Both the position numbers and the translations under genes were made by a program. The notes under the pieces are model-generated. The model was not told the DNA's origin. It was given only the letters and a program-made list of their open reading frames with translations, and ran no database searches. This document shows positions 31,644-32,319 of a DNA stretch of 32,319 nt, in pieces. Source of the stretch: Verrucomicrobiota bacterium (GTDB taxonomy: Bacteria; Verrucomicrobiota; Verrucomicrobiia; Limisphaerales; UBA9464); contig JAYTHD010000117.1 of NCBI GenBank assembly GCA_043732975.1, forward strand, positions 1-32,319, written 5' to 3'. Within the stretch, counting starts at the first letter, position 1; the number at the start of each line of letters is the position of its first letter.

Positions 31644-32319
31644 TTACCTTTTACCGGCCTTCGCCTCGATTTGCGCCCCCAGTTCCTTGGTGCGCTTCTG
31701 CGCCTCCGCGACCTGCTGGGGAGACATCCGCTTTTCAAGGAGGTCTCGATTCTTCGCGGAATCGGAATCCGTTTTTGAAGCGAGGTTGTACCAAGCGTAC
31801 GCCTCGACGTCATCCTTCTCGACCCCTTGGCCGTCGGCGTACATAAAGGCGAGGTTGAATTGCGCGCTGGCTTTTCCTTGCTCTGCCGCTTTGTAGAACC
31901 ACTTGACGGCTTCAACCTGATCCTTCTCCACGCCTTGCCCAGTGGCGTATATGAAGCCGAGGTTATACTGGGCCTTCGCGTCACCTTGATCCGCCGCCTT
32001 CCGGAACCACTTGACGGCTTCGAACTGATCCGTCTCGACGCCTTGGGCGTCGCGGTACATAACGCCGAGGTTGTACTGAGCGTCGGCGTGCCCTTGCTCC
32101 GCCGCCTCGCGATACCACTTCACCGCTTCTGCGCAGTCCTTCTCCACCCCCTGGCCGTCGGCGTACATCATGCCGAGTGCGCACTGCGCGGCGGCATACC
32201 CCTGCTCCGCCGCTTTGTAGAACCACTTAACGGCTTCGACCTGATCGTTCTCCACGCCTTGCCTAATGGCGTACATAAGGCCGATGTTGTACTGAGCGTC
32301 GGCATGCCCTTGCTCCGCC
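31644..32319 (-). CDS. Sel1-like (SLR/TPR-family) repeat protein; the 5' end runs off the right edge
   Basis: Five consecutive 36-aa Sel1 repeats (AEQGxAxAQYNLGxMYxxGQGVEKDxxEAVKWFxKA), then a C-terminal ...RDLLEKRMSPQQVAEAQKRTKEL. The frame stays open upstream of the track's Met at 32276 (..AEQGHADAQYNIGL-MYAIRQ). Confidence 0.9.
   Translation of the reverse strand, partial: AEQGHADAQYNIGLMYAIRQGVENDQVEAVKWFYKAAEQGYAAAQCALGMMYADGQGVEKDCAEAVKWYREAAEQGHADAQYNLGVMYRDAQGVETDQFEAVKWFRKAADQGDAKAQYNLGFIYATGQGVEKDQVEAVKWFYKAAEQGKASAQFNLAFMYADGQGVEKDDVEAYAWYNLASKTDSDSAKNRDLLEKRMSPQQVAEAQKRTKELGAQIEAKAGKR
31779..32319 (-). repeat. 108-nt tandem coding repeats (Sel1 units)
   Basis: GAACCACTT(G/A)ACGGCTTC recurs at 31896, 32004 and 32220, with a diverged copy near 32112. 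The period is exactly 108 nt, or 36 codons. Confidence 0.85.

Noticed and set aside
30887-31700. Search for an attR direct repeat of the tRNA-Glu 3' end (..TTCGATTCCCGTGCGCGCTACCA) to delimit the islet
   Set aside because: I found no convincing copy by eye. The best resemblances (TGCGCGTAACCC near 31215; ATCCCGTCGG at 31039 and 31489) are too short and divergent. The right boundary therefore stays undefined.
31285-31896. 203-aa plus-strand ORF
   Set aside because: Its 3' half is antisense to the Sel1-repeat gene, and it has a shadow-frame composition.
31779-32319. Regularly spaced 108-nt repeats, checked as a possible CRISPR-like array
   Set aside because: The repeats are contiguous with no unique spacers. 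They are in frame and encode canonical 36-aa Sel1 units, so this is a coding repeat and not a CRISPR array.

Overview
High-GC bacterial chromosomal segment, probably from the PVC superphylum (Verrucomicrobiota-like). That placement is an inference from a PVC-type HEAT plus CxxCH heme protein, Tat/Sec-exported xylose-isomerase-like TIM-barrel proteins and small zinc-ribbon ORFs. Gene calls rest on my own reading of motifs in the supplied translations; no searches were run.

Layout:
- 1-9756: two paralogous exopolysaccharide export modules on the minus strand. Each has an outer-membrane beta-barrel, a Wza-like OPX and a Wzz/Wzc-like PCP. One module has a BY-kinase with a tyrosine cluster and a coupled FHA protein. 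The modules are separated by ispD, tRNA-Pro(TGG) and a DUF2959-like lipoprotein.
- 10088-22754: mostly housekeeping or ordinary genes. These are a heme protein, an aldo/keto reductase, an NAD-epimerase, TIM-barrel sugar isomerase-like proteins, a PolB-exo-like exonuclease, a heterodimeric ABC exporter with one degenerate ATP site, asd, zinc-ribbon proteins and a methyltransferase-like protein.
- 22628-28940: a tightly coupled five-gene minus-strand operon. It encodes a flavin-dependent halogenase, a lipoprotein, an MMPL exporter fused to an LpxL-type acyltransferase, a LolA-like carrier and a FabZ-like dehydratase. This looks like the tailoring-and-export half of aryl-polyene/xanthomonadin-type clusters, with no synthase core nearby.
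- 29357-30886: tRNA-Glu(CTC) followed by a decayed tyrosine integrase and a visibly lower-GC islet. The islet carries two overlapping orphan ORFs and ends in a clean terminator.
- 30887-31643: a stretch of about 750 bp with no convincing ORF.
- 31644-32319: a Sel1-repeat gene running off the right edge.

No CRISPR array, rRNA or intact transposase was seen. The two candidates most worth a second look are the halogenase/MMPL-acyltransferase operon and the tRNA-Glu islet cassette. Neither can be shown to be novel from the sequence alone.
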